Assembly (NCBI GenBank): GCA_050331735.1
Contig: JBHJGN010000069.1
Span: 1-16,512, forward strand
Direction: 5' to 3'
DNA: 16,512 nt
Source: Cyanophyceae cyanobacterium
GTDB taxonomy: Bacteria > Cyanobacteriota > Cyanobacteriia > Cyanobacteriales > JBHJGN01
Every line of letters begins with the position of its first letter. The stretch's first letter is position 1. Below the pieces are notes generated by a model that saw nothing but the letters and a program-made list of their open reading frames with translations, was not told the origin of the DNA and ran no database searches. The translations under genes and the position numbers were made by a program. This document shows positions 8,273 to 16,475 of this stretch, in pieces.

Positions 8273-8357
8273 AGAAAAAAAATCACTAGCAAGAAAAAAT
8301 AAATCTGTTTGTGCGATGATAGGTTTTTAATAGAGTTTGCAAGTGCGAGGCTGAGGA

Positions 8358-9431
8358 ATGAAAAAATTACTAGTGTTGTTGATGCTCTTTCTGACTAGCA
8401 TGATGCTGCCATTGGGCTGTACTAGTAATTCTAATAATTCCCAAGGAACGGCAGATGACGTTCTTAATGTTTATAACTGGACGACCTATATAGACCCAGA
8501 GGCGATCGCCCAATTTGAGTCAGAGTTTGGGGTCAAAGTTAATTACGATACCTATGAGAGTAACGAAGACCTCTACGCTAAGCTCAAGCCCGGTAATCCT
8601 GGTTATGATGTGATCTTCCCCAGCGACTACATGGTAGAAGTGATGGCTGCCGAAGAGCTGGTGGAGCCGCTGAATATTGATAATATTCCCAACGTCAAAA
8701 ATATTAACGAGCAGTTTTTAAATCCTCCCTACGACCCGGAGAACCAGTACAGCTTGCCCTACCAGTGGGGCACGTTAGGCATTGGCTACAACATCGAAGC
8801 CACGGGAGGAGAGATTACCAGTTGGGCAGAAATGTTCAACTACGGCAAAGCTGGCAGCGTGTCTCTGTTAGAGGATATGCGGGAAACCCTGGGCGCTGTT
8901 CTCATCTACTTAGGACACGATCCTAATACGACCAATCCCGACGCTCTCGCTGAGGTGCGGGATTTTCTGGTGGAAAAAAAGGAGCTAATTCAGGCGTTTG
9001 CCCCCGATACCGGTCAGCTTCTTCTCACTCAAGGAGAAGTGGACATGGCGTTTGAGTGGAGTGGCGATGTGTTCCAGGTGATGGAAGAAGACCCCAATAT
9101 ACGCTACGTCATCCCCGAAGAAGGCACCATTGTCTGGACTGACACCGTGGCTATTCCTAAAGACGCCCCCCACAAAGAACTAGCGGAGGAGTTTATTAAC
9201 TTTATCCTAGAACCAGAAATTGGAGCGCAGATTTCTAACTATATTAAGTATGGCTCTCCGAATGAAGCTGCCAAAGAACAAGGCTTAATTGCCAAAGAAG
9301 ACCTGCAAAACCCGGCGATATATCCGGCCCCAGAAGTGTTTGAGCGACTGTACTACATCGAGGACGTCGGCGAGGCGACCACGATGTACGACGAAGCCTG
9401 GACTGAGATTAAGGTCAGCATTGGAATGTAG
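8358..9431 (+). CDS. potD: Polyamine ABC transporter substrate-binding lipoprotein (PotD/PotF family)
   Basis: Lipoprotein signal ending LPLGC; motifs LNVYNWTTYI, YESNEDLYAKL, GYDVIFPSDYM, PYQWGTLGIGYN, EWSGD, PEEGTIVWTDTVAIPK and FINFILEPE. RBS GAGG. Confidence 0.92.
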   Translation: MKKLLVLLMLFLTSMMLPLGCTSNSNNSQGTADDVLNVYNWTTYIDPEAIAQFESEFGVKVNYDTYESNEDLYAKLKPGNPGYDVIFPSDYMVEVMAAEELVEPLNIDNIPNVKNINEQFLNPPYDPENQYSLPYQWGTLGIGYNIEATGGEITSWAEMFNYGKAGSVSLLEDMRETLGAVLIYLGHDPNTTNPDALAEVRDFLVEKKELIQAFAPDTGQLLLTQGEVDMAFEWSGDVFQVMEEDPNIRYVIPEEGTIVWTDTVAIPKDAPHKELAEEFINFILEPEIGAQISNYIKYGSPNEAAKEQGLIAKEDLQNPAIYPAPEVFERLYYIEDVGEATTMYDEAWTEIKVSIGM

Positions 9432-9562
9432 ACGCAACCAGCCTCGCTCACTCCACCAGGCCAATCAACTTCAGCAACGGGTGCAACCCAGCGACTATTT
9501 TTGAGCATCGCGCTCATTTGCCGTAATCGCCCAATCAAGCACACCCCCAGCAATCTAAATTA

Positions 9563-10675
9563 ATGGATGCGGTTGAATTAAGAGACGTTTCTAAAGCCTA
9601 CAGTCACCACCATTCCTTAGCAGTTGAGCAGCTTAATCTCCAAATTGCGCCCCACGAGTTTTTCTCAGTGCTAGGGCCCTCTGGCTGCGGCAAAACCACG
9701 ACCCTCCGACTGATTGCCGGATTTGAGAAGCCAACAGCCGGAGAGATTTTGATTAGCGGGCAATCAATGGGCGATCGCCCCCCCTTTCATCGTCCGGTCA
9801 ACACCGTTTTTCAAAGCTATGCCCTATTTCCCCATCTCACCGTTGCTCAAAACGTCGCCTTTGGTTTAGAAATGGAACAGCTTCCCCAGCGGCAGATTCG
9901 GCAGCGGGTAGCAGAGGCTTTACAGATGGTACAGCTAACAGGAATGGAGAAACGCCGTCCTCGCCAGCTTTCCGGCGGGCAGCAGCAGCGAGTGGCCCTT
10001 GCTAGAGCAATTGTGAAACAACCACAGGTGTTGCTTCTCGATGAACCTTTAGGGGCTTTGGATCTGAAGCTGCGGAAAGAGATGCAGCTCGAACTCAAAC
10101 AGATGCAGAAACAACTGGGCATTACCTTCGTTTATGTGACCCACGACCAGGAAGAAGCCCTCACCATGTCAGACCGCATCGCTGTGCTTTGTGAAGGGAG
10201 AATTTTGCAGGTCGGAACACCTAGGGAAATTTACGAGCAACCTAATACCCGCTTTGTGGCTGAGTTTATTGGGGAGTCAAACTTTCTCAGCGGGCGAATC
10301 ATTGAGCGGATTGCTACGGGCGTTGTTGTTTTAGTTGATAACTTACCCATCCCGGCTGCCTTCCCCAACGATTTGCCCATCGGCAGTTTCGTGACCTTAG
10401 CGATACGCCCGGAGAAAATCGCCATTTTTCCGGCAGACTACGCTGATGAACCGTGTTTATTAGGAAAAATAGAGCAAAGCATTTACCTCGGCACAGATAC
10501 GCGCTATGTTGTGCGTCTGACTCCTCGAAACTGCGTGATCGTTCGTCAACAAAACCTCGGCGTTCAGAATTTAGATGGAGAAAACGTCAAGCTCAAAATC
10601 CTGCCGGAGAGCGTACGGATACTATCGGAACTGGCGACTCGCGACCAGGTGAGAGTAGGAAGCCTGCATCATTGA
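9563..10675 (+). CDS. potA: Spermidine/putrescine ABC transporter ATP-binding protein PotA
   Basis: Walker [25 protein letters not shown], signature [14 protein letters not shown], Walker [28 protein letters not shown], and a C-terminal TOBE-like region. Confidence 0.93.
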   Translation: MDAVELRDVSKAYSHHHSLAVEQLNLQIAPHEFFSVLGPSGCGKTTTLRLIAGFEKPTAGEILISGQSMGDRPPFHRPVNTVFQSYALFPHLTVAQNVAFGLEMEQLPQRQIRQRVAEALQMVQLTGMEKRRPRQLSGGQQQRVALARAIVKQPQVLLLDEPLGALDLKLRKEMQLELKQMQKQLGITFVYVTHDQEEALTMSDRIAVLCEGRILQVGTPREIYEQPNTRFVAEFIGESNFLSGRIIERIATGVVVLVDNLPIPAAFPNDLPIGSFVTLAIRPEKIAIFPADYADEPCLLGKIEQSIYLGTDTRYVVRLTPRNCVIVRQQNLGVQNLDGENVKLKILPESVRILSELATRDQVRVGSLHH

Positions 10676-10914
10676 CTATCTAATAGGACGTTGTTTAGGA
10701 TTTAAAAATTAGTTAAATCTCAATGTTCGTTGATTCCAAAATCACTTACGTTTAGTAACTTTGCCACTGGTTAACAACAGTGTTACGAAGTTGAAACGAG
10801 CTAGTAGTGGTCAGAAAAATGAGAACTACAAAGTGAATAGAAAACTGGTTATTGTCAAGAGGTTTGCTGCTAAATCTCTCATTTTCTGCTATAAATAGCT
10901 AGTCTCATCTGATT

Positions 10915-11171
10915 TGCAAGACTTGAGCAATAATGATGATTTGTTTTTGATGATTAATGCCTTGCTTGTTTAACGCCAAGATTTTAAGAACGAGCAGTAA
11001 GTTTTGGGAGAGTTTTTGTGCCAAGAGCCTACTCGCACTGCTCAAGGATTCAAAAGCAAGTTTGAACCGGGATTTTTGCAGCCAAAAGTGTTCCGGTTCT
11101 CGAACTATGTTAGGAATCCTTGATGCGATCGCTGCATTAAGAACAAACAGCTAAATTCTATACATCTTGCA
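10915..11171 (+). ncRNA. Candidate structured RNA or long structured 5' UTR upstream of glgP
   Basis: Nested inverted repeats: 10915-10921/11165-11171, 10940-10952/11135-11147, 10992-10998/11037-11043, and an 82-nt rod 11042-11123. G-U pairs favour the + strand. I recognise no known RNA family. Confidence 0.3.
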
Positions 11172-11333
11172 GCGATTTTTTATTAGAACGTATAGGGATA
11201 AAAGCTAGCTTCAAGAAGTTGATGAGTCATCTTCGCCTGCTCTTGGTTTAAAGCTCTTTAAGTTTGGCAGCAACGAGGCATTCTTTGGGCTTGACTCGCT
11301 TTTGAACACAACACCGACATACCGACTGATATT

Positions 11334-13859
11334 ATGGACTCACCCAATCAAACTTTGGAGATTCAGGTCGAGGACGATCGCACTGGTCTGAGCTTAGAAA
11401 CTCTCAAGCGTGCCCTTCTAGATAATCTGTTTTACATTCAGGGCAAACCGCCGTCTCTAGCCACGAAAAACGATTACTACATGGCGCTAGCCTATACGGT
11501 ACGCGATCGCATGCTCCAGCATTGGAACAGTACCGCTGCTGCCTATACCGAAGAGGGATCGCGCACCGTTTGTTATTTCTCGGCTGAGTTTCTGATGGGA
11601 CCGCACCTTGGCAATAATTTAATGAATTTGGGCCTCTATGAGCCAGTGAAGCAAGCCGTTGAGGAACTGTGCTTGAACTTTGAGGAACTCCTCGAGGCAG
11701 AAGATGAACCAGGACTCGGCAACGGGGGCTTAGGCCGTTTGGCGGCCTGTTACCTCGACTCCCTCGCCACCCTAGAAATTCCGAGCCTTGGCTACGGGAT
11801 TCGCTACGAGTACGGCATCTTCGATCAGAAAATTGCCGATGGCTGGCAAGTGGAAGCAACTGATAAATGGCTGCGGAACGGCAACCCCTGGGAAATCATT
11901 CGGCCAGAGTGGGCGGTTGAAGTCAAGTTTGGCGGTCATACTGAAGCCTACACCGACGCTCAGGGCTGCTATCGAGTCCGGTGGATTCCAAACCGCGTGG
12001 TGAAGGGCATCCCCTACGATACGCCGATCCTTGGATACAAAGTCAACACCGCTAACACGCTGCGGCTCTGGACAGCCGAAGCTCCAGAGTCGTTCGATTT
12101 TGCCGCTTTCAATCGCGGTGATTACTACGGAGCAGTGAATGCCAAGGTCGTTTCCGAGAACCTGACGAAGGTGCTGTACCCCAACGATGAGCTGCTTGAA
12201 GGCAAGCAGCTTCGCCTGGAGCAGCAGTACTTTTTTGTTTCCTGTGCGCTCCAGGATATGTTCCGCATTCTCAAAGGGCAACACCTGTCGCTCGAACAGT
12301 TTCCCGAGAAGTTTGCCGTTCAGCTCAACGATACCCATCCGGCGATCGCCGTGGCGGAACTGATGCGGCTATTGGTGGATCAACACGAGATGGATTGGGA
12401 CAGCGCCTGGGACATCACCCAGAGAACCTTTGCCTTTACCAATCATACGCTCTTGCCGGAAGCCCTAGAAAAATGGTCTGTGGCTCTGTTTGGGGGTCTG
12501 TTACCGCGTCACCTCGAGATTATCCACGAAATTAATGCCCGGCTGCTGGCTCAGGTGGAGAAAACGATGCCGGAAGAAACCCGCAACCTATCTCTGATCG
12601 ATGAAGATGGAGAACGGTATGTGCGCATGGCTAATCTAGCCTGCGTTGGCAGCCATGCCATCAACGGAGTGGCGGATCTTCACACCAAGCTGCTTAAGAA
12701 AACAGCGCTGCGCAGTTTTAATCGGTTATCGCCCCAAAAGTTTACCAACGTGACCAATGGGGTCACTCCCCGGCGCTGGATGGTGTTGAGTAATCCCAGG
12801 TTAGCCAGCCTGATTTCTCAGAAGATTGGCGACGGCTGGATCAAAAACCTCGAGGAACTGAATCAGCTAGAAGCGTTTGTGGATGATGAAACGTTTCGAG
12901 CCAAGTGGCGACAGATAAAACAAGAGGTCAAGCAAGATCTGGCTACCTGGATCGATGCCAATTTGGAAGTAGCGGTCAACCCGAGCTCTCTGTTCGATAT
13001 TCATATTAAGCGCATCCACGAATACAAGCGCCAGCACCTTAAAGTGCTCCATATTATTACGCTGTACAATCGTCTCAAGCGCAATCCCGGAATGGATTTG
13101 CTGCCGCGCACGTTCCTGTTTTCTGGTAAAGCGGCTCCTGGCTACTGGATGGCGAAGCTGATGATTAAGCTCATCAATGCCGTCGCCGAGGTGGTCAATA
13201 CCGATCCCGATGTGGACGGTCGTCTCAAGGTGGTGTTTATTCCTAACTACAGCGTCACCAACTCTCAGCGCGTCTACCCGGCTGCCGATCTCTCGGAGCA
13301 AATCTCGACTGCTGGCAAGGAAGCCTCCGGGACGGGCAATATGAAGTTTGCCATGAATGGTGCACTCACGATTGGTACGCTGGACGGAGCGAATATTGAA
13401 ATTCGCTCTCAGGTTGGGGCCGAGAATTTCTTTCTGTTTGGCTTGACTGCTGACGAGGTCGATGAGCTGAAAAATAACGGCTATAAACCTCTAGACTATT
13501 ACCACGCTAACGACGAACTCCGGGAGGTCATCGATCAGATCCGCTCAGGATTTTTCTCCCGGGGCGATGCTAATTTGTTTAAGCCGCTGGTAGATTCGCT
13601 GCTGTATCAAGATCAGTACGTTCTCTTTGCCGACTATCAGGCGTATATTGACGCTCAAGATCGCGTCAGCCAAGTCTACCGCGATCGCGATCAGTGGACG
13701 AAGATGTCGATTCTGAATACGGCGCGAATGGGTAAGTTTTCGAGCGATCGCGCTATTCAAGAATACTGTCAGCAGATTTGGCACGTCAAACCTGTTTCCA
13801 TTGAACTCAAAGAATACGCTCAAGGTCAATGCGAAATCGATAACGTTGAAATTATTTGA
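11334..13859 (+). CDS. glgP: Glycogen/starch phosphorylase (GT35)
   Basis: Motifs EPGLGNGGLGRLAACYLDS, GYGIRYEYGIF, LYPND, LRLEQQYFF, QLNDTHP, TNHTLLPEALE, KRIHEYKRQ, GKAAPGY, and the PLP-lysine motif EASGTGNMKFAMNGALTIGTLDGANIE. Confidence 0.98.
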   Translation: MDSPNQTLEIQVEDDRTGLSLETLKRALLDNLFYIQGKPPSLATKNDYYMALAYTVRDRMLQHWNSTAAAYTEEGSRTVCYFSAEFLMGPHLGNNLMNLGLYEPVKQAVEELCLNFEELLEAEDEPGLGNGGLGRLAACYLDSLATLEIPSLGYGIRYEYGIFDQKIADGWQVEATDKWLRNGNPWEIIRPEWAVEVKFGGHTEAYTDAQGCYRVRWIPNRVVKGIPYDTPILGYKVNTANTLRLWTAEAPESFDFAAFNRGDYYGAVNAKVVSENLTKVLYPNDELLEGKQLRLEQQYFFVSCALQDMFRILKGQHLSLEQFPEKFAVQLNDTHPAIAVAELMRLLVDQHEMDWDSAWDITQRTFAFTNHTLLPEALEKWSVALFGGLLPRHLEIIHEINARLLAQVEKTMPEETRNLSLIDEDGERYVRMANLACVGSHAINGVADLHTKLLKKTALRSFNRLSPQKFTNVTNGVTPRRWMVLSNPRLASLISQKIGDGWIKNLEELNQLEAFVDDETFRAKWRQIKQEVKQDLATWIDANLEVAVNPSSLFDIHIKRIHEYKRQHLKVLHIITLYNRLKRNPGMDLLPRTFLFSGKAAPGYWMAKLMIKLINAVAEVVNTDPDVDGRLKVVFIPNYSVTNSQRVYPAADLSEQISTAGKEASGTGNMKFAMNGALTIGTLDGANIEIRSQVGAENFFLFGLTADEVDELKNNGYKPLDYYHANDELREVIDQIRSGFFSRGDANLFKPLVDSLLYQDQYVLFADYQAYIDAQDRVSQVYRDRDQWTKMSILNTARMGKFSSDRAIQEYCQQIWHVKPVSIELKEYAQGQCEIDNVEII

Positions 13860-13882
13860 TTCAAAGTCGCTGATTGGTCTGT

Positions 13883-13917
13883 AAAAAAGCCGCCCTGGTA
13901 ATGGGCGGCTTTTCTTT
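13883..13917. terminator. Bidirectional intrinsic terminator between convergent glgP and psbJ
   Basis: AAAAAA-GCCGCCC-tggtaat-GGGCGGC-TTTTCTTT: a perfect 7-bp GC stem with an A-tract before and a T-tract after. Confidence 0.9.
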
Positions 13918-13957
13918 AATTGCGTCTAATCATTTCCAAGCTCAGCTTTGAGCAGTT

Positions 13958-14077
13958 CTATAGAGAAGAACCGACTCCGGCATAAGCTCCATAGAAAAAG
14001 ATCCCGACAACGGCAATAATGCCTAAACCGGCGATCGTGGCCACAATCCATAGAGGAATACGTCCTTCTGCAAACAT
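13958..14077 (-). CDS. psbJ: Photosystem II reaction centre protein PsbJ
   Basis: Hand translation: [39 protein letters not shown] (39 aa). RBS AGGAGG upstream. Confidence 0.97.
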   Translation of the reverse strand: MFAEGRIPLWIVATIAGLGIIAVVGIFFYGAYAGVGSSL

Positions 14078-14098
14078 TAAAAGCCTCCTAAAATCTTC

Positions 14099-14218
14099 CT
14101 AGTTGAAGAAGTAACTCGAGAATAAGATACCAAGAACTGCAACCAGGAGTAAACCTAGATAGAGAGAGGTTCTGTTGAGTTCAACGGGTTGTCTGTTGGG
14201 ATTTTGATTACGGTCCAT
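14099..14218 (-). CDS. psbL: Photosystem II reaction centre protein PsbL
   Basis: Hand translation: [39 protein letters not shown] (39 aa). Confidence 0.97.
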   Translation of the reverse strand: MDRNQNPNRQPVELNRTSLYLGLLLVAVLGILFSSYFFN

Positions 14219-14222
14219 GTTT

Positions 14223-14357
14223 TTATCGTTGAATAAACTGCATAGCGGCGATCGCGCCTAGAAAGAAGACCGAGGGGACTGCTAACGTATGAACAGCCAC
14301 CCATCTAATCGTAAAAATGGGATAAGAAACGGGTTCGTTGATATTGTTGCTTGTCAT
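14223..14357 (-). CDS. psbF: Cytochrome b559 beta subunit
   Basis: Hand translation: [44 protein letters not shown] (44 aa); heme-ligand His in RWVAVH. Confidence 0.97.
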   Translation of the reverse strand: MTSNNINEPVSYPIFTIRWVAVHTLAVPSVFFLGAIAAMQFIQR

Positions 14358-14369
14358 AATTTTCTGTCT

Positions 14370-14615
14370 CTATTTACTAAATTCTTCCACTTGTTGTCTC
14401 GCTTCGTAGCGATCGGTCACAATCGGTAATTCCTGCCGATCTTGAGTAAAATACTCGTTCGGGCGAGGAGTGCCAAAGGCATCATAGGCTAGTCCAGTGC
14501 TGACAAATAGCCAGCCAGCAATAAACAGCATCGGAATGGTGATACTGTGAATTACCCAGTAACGAACGCTAGTAATAATATCTGCGAATGGTCGTTCTCC
14601 AGTAGTGCCTGACAT
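14370..14615 (-). CDS. psbE: Cytochrome b559 alpha subunit
   Basis: [64 protein letters not shown] upstream. Confidence 0.99.
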   Translation of the reverse strand: MSGTTGERPFADIITSVRYWVIHSITIPMLFIAGWLFVSTGLAYDAFGTPRPNEYFTQDRQELPIVTDRYEARQQVEEFSK

Positions 14616-14695
14616 AGTTATCCTCCCTAGTTTGATTCTGTATTGGCTTACTTAACATGATACGGAAACTGCTCGCTGAGGAACAACCGTACTGG

Positions 14696-15694
14696 TTAGG
14701 TCACCTCACTCTGCGGTTCGTATTTAAGTAAAGTTCCTCTTTGACCGAGAATAAATCCTCGCTCTGGCGATAGAAACACAATGCGGTAGAGGTTAGAGGC
14801 AACGCTCTCGACATCGCGATCCTTTTCCCACGTTTGACCACTGTCGGTGCTGCGAAGCAGATTGCCGCTGCCCCCAGCGACCCAAATTTCTCCCGGTACG
14901 CGGTAGGCCAGGTCGAGTAAGCCCCAACTGGTAGACAATTCAGGATACTGAACCTCTGACCAACCATCCTCTTCTTGCGGGTCACTAAACTGAACCTGAC
15001 CGCCACGGGCCAGAAGCCATAAATGCCCTTCGTTGTCGTATCCCATATTCTGTAAACGGCGCGAAGAGTTGCGATTGCTGGGAGTCCATTCAGTCTGACC
15101 GGGTTCCCAGGTGGAATAAAAATTACCTCGAGCCGAGACGGCAACGTACTTACCGTCAGCAGAACGCGAGATCGTCCTCGCAACGCCAACGGCTCCTTCT
15201 ACCAACGCTTTCCAGTTGCGCCCCCCGTTTTCCGTTCTGTAAATGGCTCCCAAATCTGTCACCATTTCAGCAGATTTTGGTCCAAGGGCCACGATACTAT
15301 AGGGCGCTCCTGGCAGCTTTTCGCTCAGAGGAATTCGGGACCAGGTTCTACCGCCGTCCTTGGTATGCAGGAGAATCGAAGGCTTGCCGGTTACCCAGCC
15401 TTCTTGGCCGCTAAAGCTAACTGATGTAAAGGTAACTTTTTCATCCCCTAAATCTAAGCTTTTCTCCTGCCACGTTTCCCCACCGTCTGTTGTTTCGAAC
15501 AGCGTTGCTTTATTTCCAACTAACCAACCGTGGTCGAGATCGTTGGTAAAAGCAATATCAGAAAACGTTGCTTCTGTCGAAAGTTCAATGACTTTCCAAG
15601 GGTTGGTGCTGGTTGAAGGTACCTGGCTACAGCTAATACAGAGCAAAGAAACTGCCAGCAGTATTAAAATTTGTTTAATTTTTGCAAAGATCAT
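14696..15694 (-). CDS. ycf48: Photosystem II assembly factor Ycf48 (HCF136), beta-propeller lipoprotein
   Basis: Repeated BNR/Asp-box motifs (TTDGGETW, TKDGGRTW, TENGGRNW, STDSGQTW), VSARGNFY and RRLQNMG; position between rubA and psbE. The likely start is the ATG at 15694 (MIFAKIKQ...LCISC, signal peptide with lipobox-like Cys) rather than the TTG at 15784. Confidence 0.95.
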   Translation of the reverse strand: MIFAKIKQILILLAVSLLCISCSQVPSTSTNPWKVIELSTEATFSDIAFTNDLDHGWLVGNKATLFETTDGGETWQEKSLDLGDEKVTFTSVSFSGQEGWVTGKPSILLHTKDGGRTWSRIPLSEKLPGAPYSIVALGPKSAEMVTDLGAIYRTENGGRNWKALVEGAVGVARTISRSADGKYVAVSARGNFYSTWEPGQTEWTPSNRNSSRRLQNMGYDNEGHLWLLARGGQVQFSDPQEEDGWSEVQYPELSTSWGLLDLAYRVPGEIWVAGGSGNLLRSTDSGQTWEKDRDVESVASNLYRIVFLSPERGFILGQRGTLLKYEPQSEVT

Positions 15695-15822
15695 ATTTAT
15701 CTGATGCCCGAAGGAATCATCCTCCCGATGCGTTCCAAGAACTGAGAGTGAGCCTTTGTTCTTCCCTTGCTCCAACTGACTCAATGTTTTCGCCCAGTAG
15801 GATTCGAGCGGAACGACTGAGA

Positions 15823-16170
15823 TTACTTTAACCCGTACAGGCTAATAAAGAATAAAAAACCTAACGCTAAAGCGCCAAAAATGAGAAGGTTTTTCTGGGC
15901 AGGAGTTAAGCGATTGACTCCAAAACCATAGTTCAAATTCTCCTGAAATCCCGATGGTGCTCCGGTAGAACCAATGTTTCTAAACTGACTGCGGCGAACT
16001 CCGCAGACAGGACAACGCCAGTCGCTCGGTAAATCTTCAAAGCGCGTTCCAGGAGAAATATTGCTTTTGCTATCTCCCTTAGTCGGCTCATAAACATAGC
16101 CACAGCTACGACACTCATACCGTGCGGGGCTCTGTTCAGCCAGAGTTTGCTCGTTGGATGGTTCATTCAT
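15823..16170 (-). CDS. rubA: Membrane-anchored rubredoxin RubA
   Basis: [10 protein letters not shown]...[14 protein letters not shown] (two CxxC), [23 protein letters not shown] and a C-terminal TM helix. The ATG at 16170 is preferred over the TTG at 16179. Confidence 0.96.
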   Translation of the reverse strand: MNEPSNEQTLAEQSPARYECRSCGYVYEPTKGDSKSNISPGTRFEDLPSDWRCPVCGVRRSQFRNIGSTGAPSGFQENLNYGFGVNRLTPAQKNLLIFGALALGFLFFISLYGLK

Positions 16171-16440
16171 TGCCTGCAATCAGCAAAGCTTAATTCTGTT
16201 ACAAATTATCGCATAAATTTTAAGGTTTATTCATTATTCTCCTCAAAGTTCTGTGCGCTAGGAGAACCGCTCACGCTCAGTAGACGCGATCGAAACACTC
16301 TAAGTATCAGGATTTCTGAGAAGTAAAGCGACAAGGGGCCAGAGGAATGTGTTGCTTTCTTATCCCATTTACCGAAAGTAGTCAGATAGTTCCTTAAACT
16401 CACCAAGCATTGGAGGTTCAAGGGCAAAGAGCTGCTGTGC

Positions 16441-16475
16441 TTCCCTTTCCCCTTGACCCCTTCCCCTTTCCCCCA
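16441..16475. repeat. Short tandem heptamer repeat (STRR-like), five degenerate TCCCCTT units
   Basis: ttccctt|tcccctt|gacccct|tcccctt|tccccca. Part of it (16445-16459) is an imperfect inverted repeat of 16415-16429. Confidence 0.7.

Larger units (their letters stand above)
2517..14255. repeat. HIP1 octamer GCGATCGC, dispersed (at least 13 copies)
   Basis: Copies start at 2517, 2804, 3924, 5065, 7852, 8502, 9771, 11125, 11503, 12342, 13681, 13744 and 14248. About 0.25 copies would be expected by chance in 16.5 kb of uniform sequence. Confidence 0.9.

Noticed and set aside
10929..10947. Fur-box-like AATAATGATGATTTGTTTT
   Set aside because: Only about 12 of 19 positions match GATAATGATAATCATTATC, in AT-rich DNA and with a poor right half.
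10957..11154. 65-aa ORF in the potA-glgP spacer
   Set aside because: No RBS or recognisable motif. It overlaps the inverted-repeat structure, which better explains the sequence.
11313..11326. ACCGAC direct repeat just before the glgP start, and small hairpins at 11215-11279
   Set aside because: Two 6-mers and weak G-U-rich stems are within chance expectation.
11404..13829. Several antisense or alternate-frame ORFs of 70-190 aa within glgP (similar ones occur within the pot, ccs1 and ycf48 genes)
   Set aside because: They are shadow ORFs of conserved genes, with no motifs of their own.
15695..15784. 30-aa N-terminal extension of Ycf48
   Set aside because: It starts at TTG and would bury the signal peptide, which begins properly at ATG 15694.
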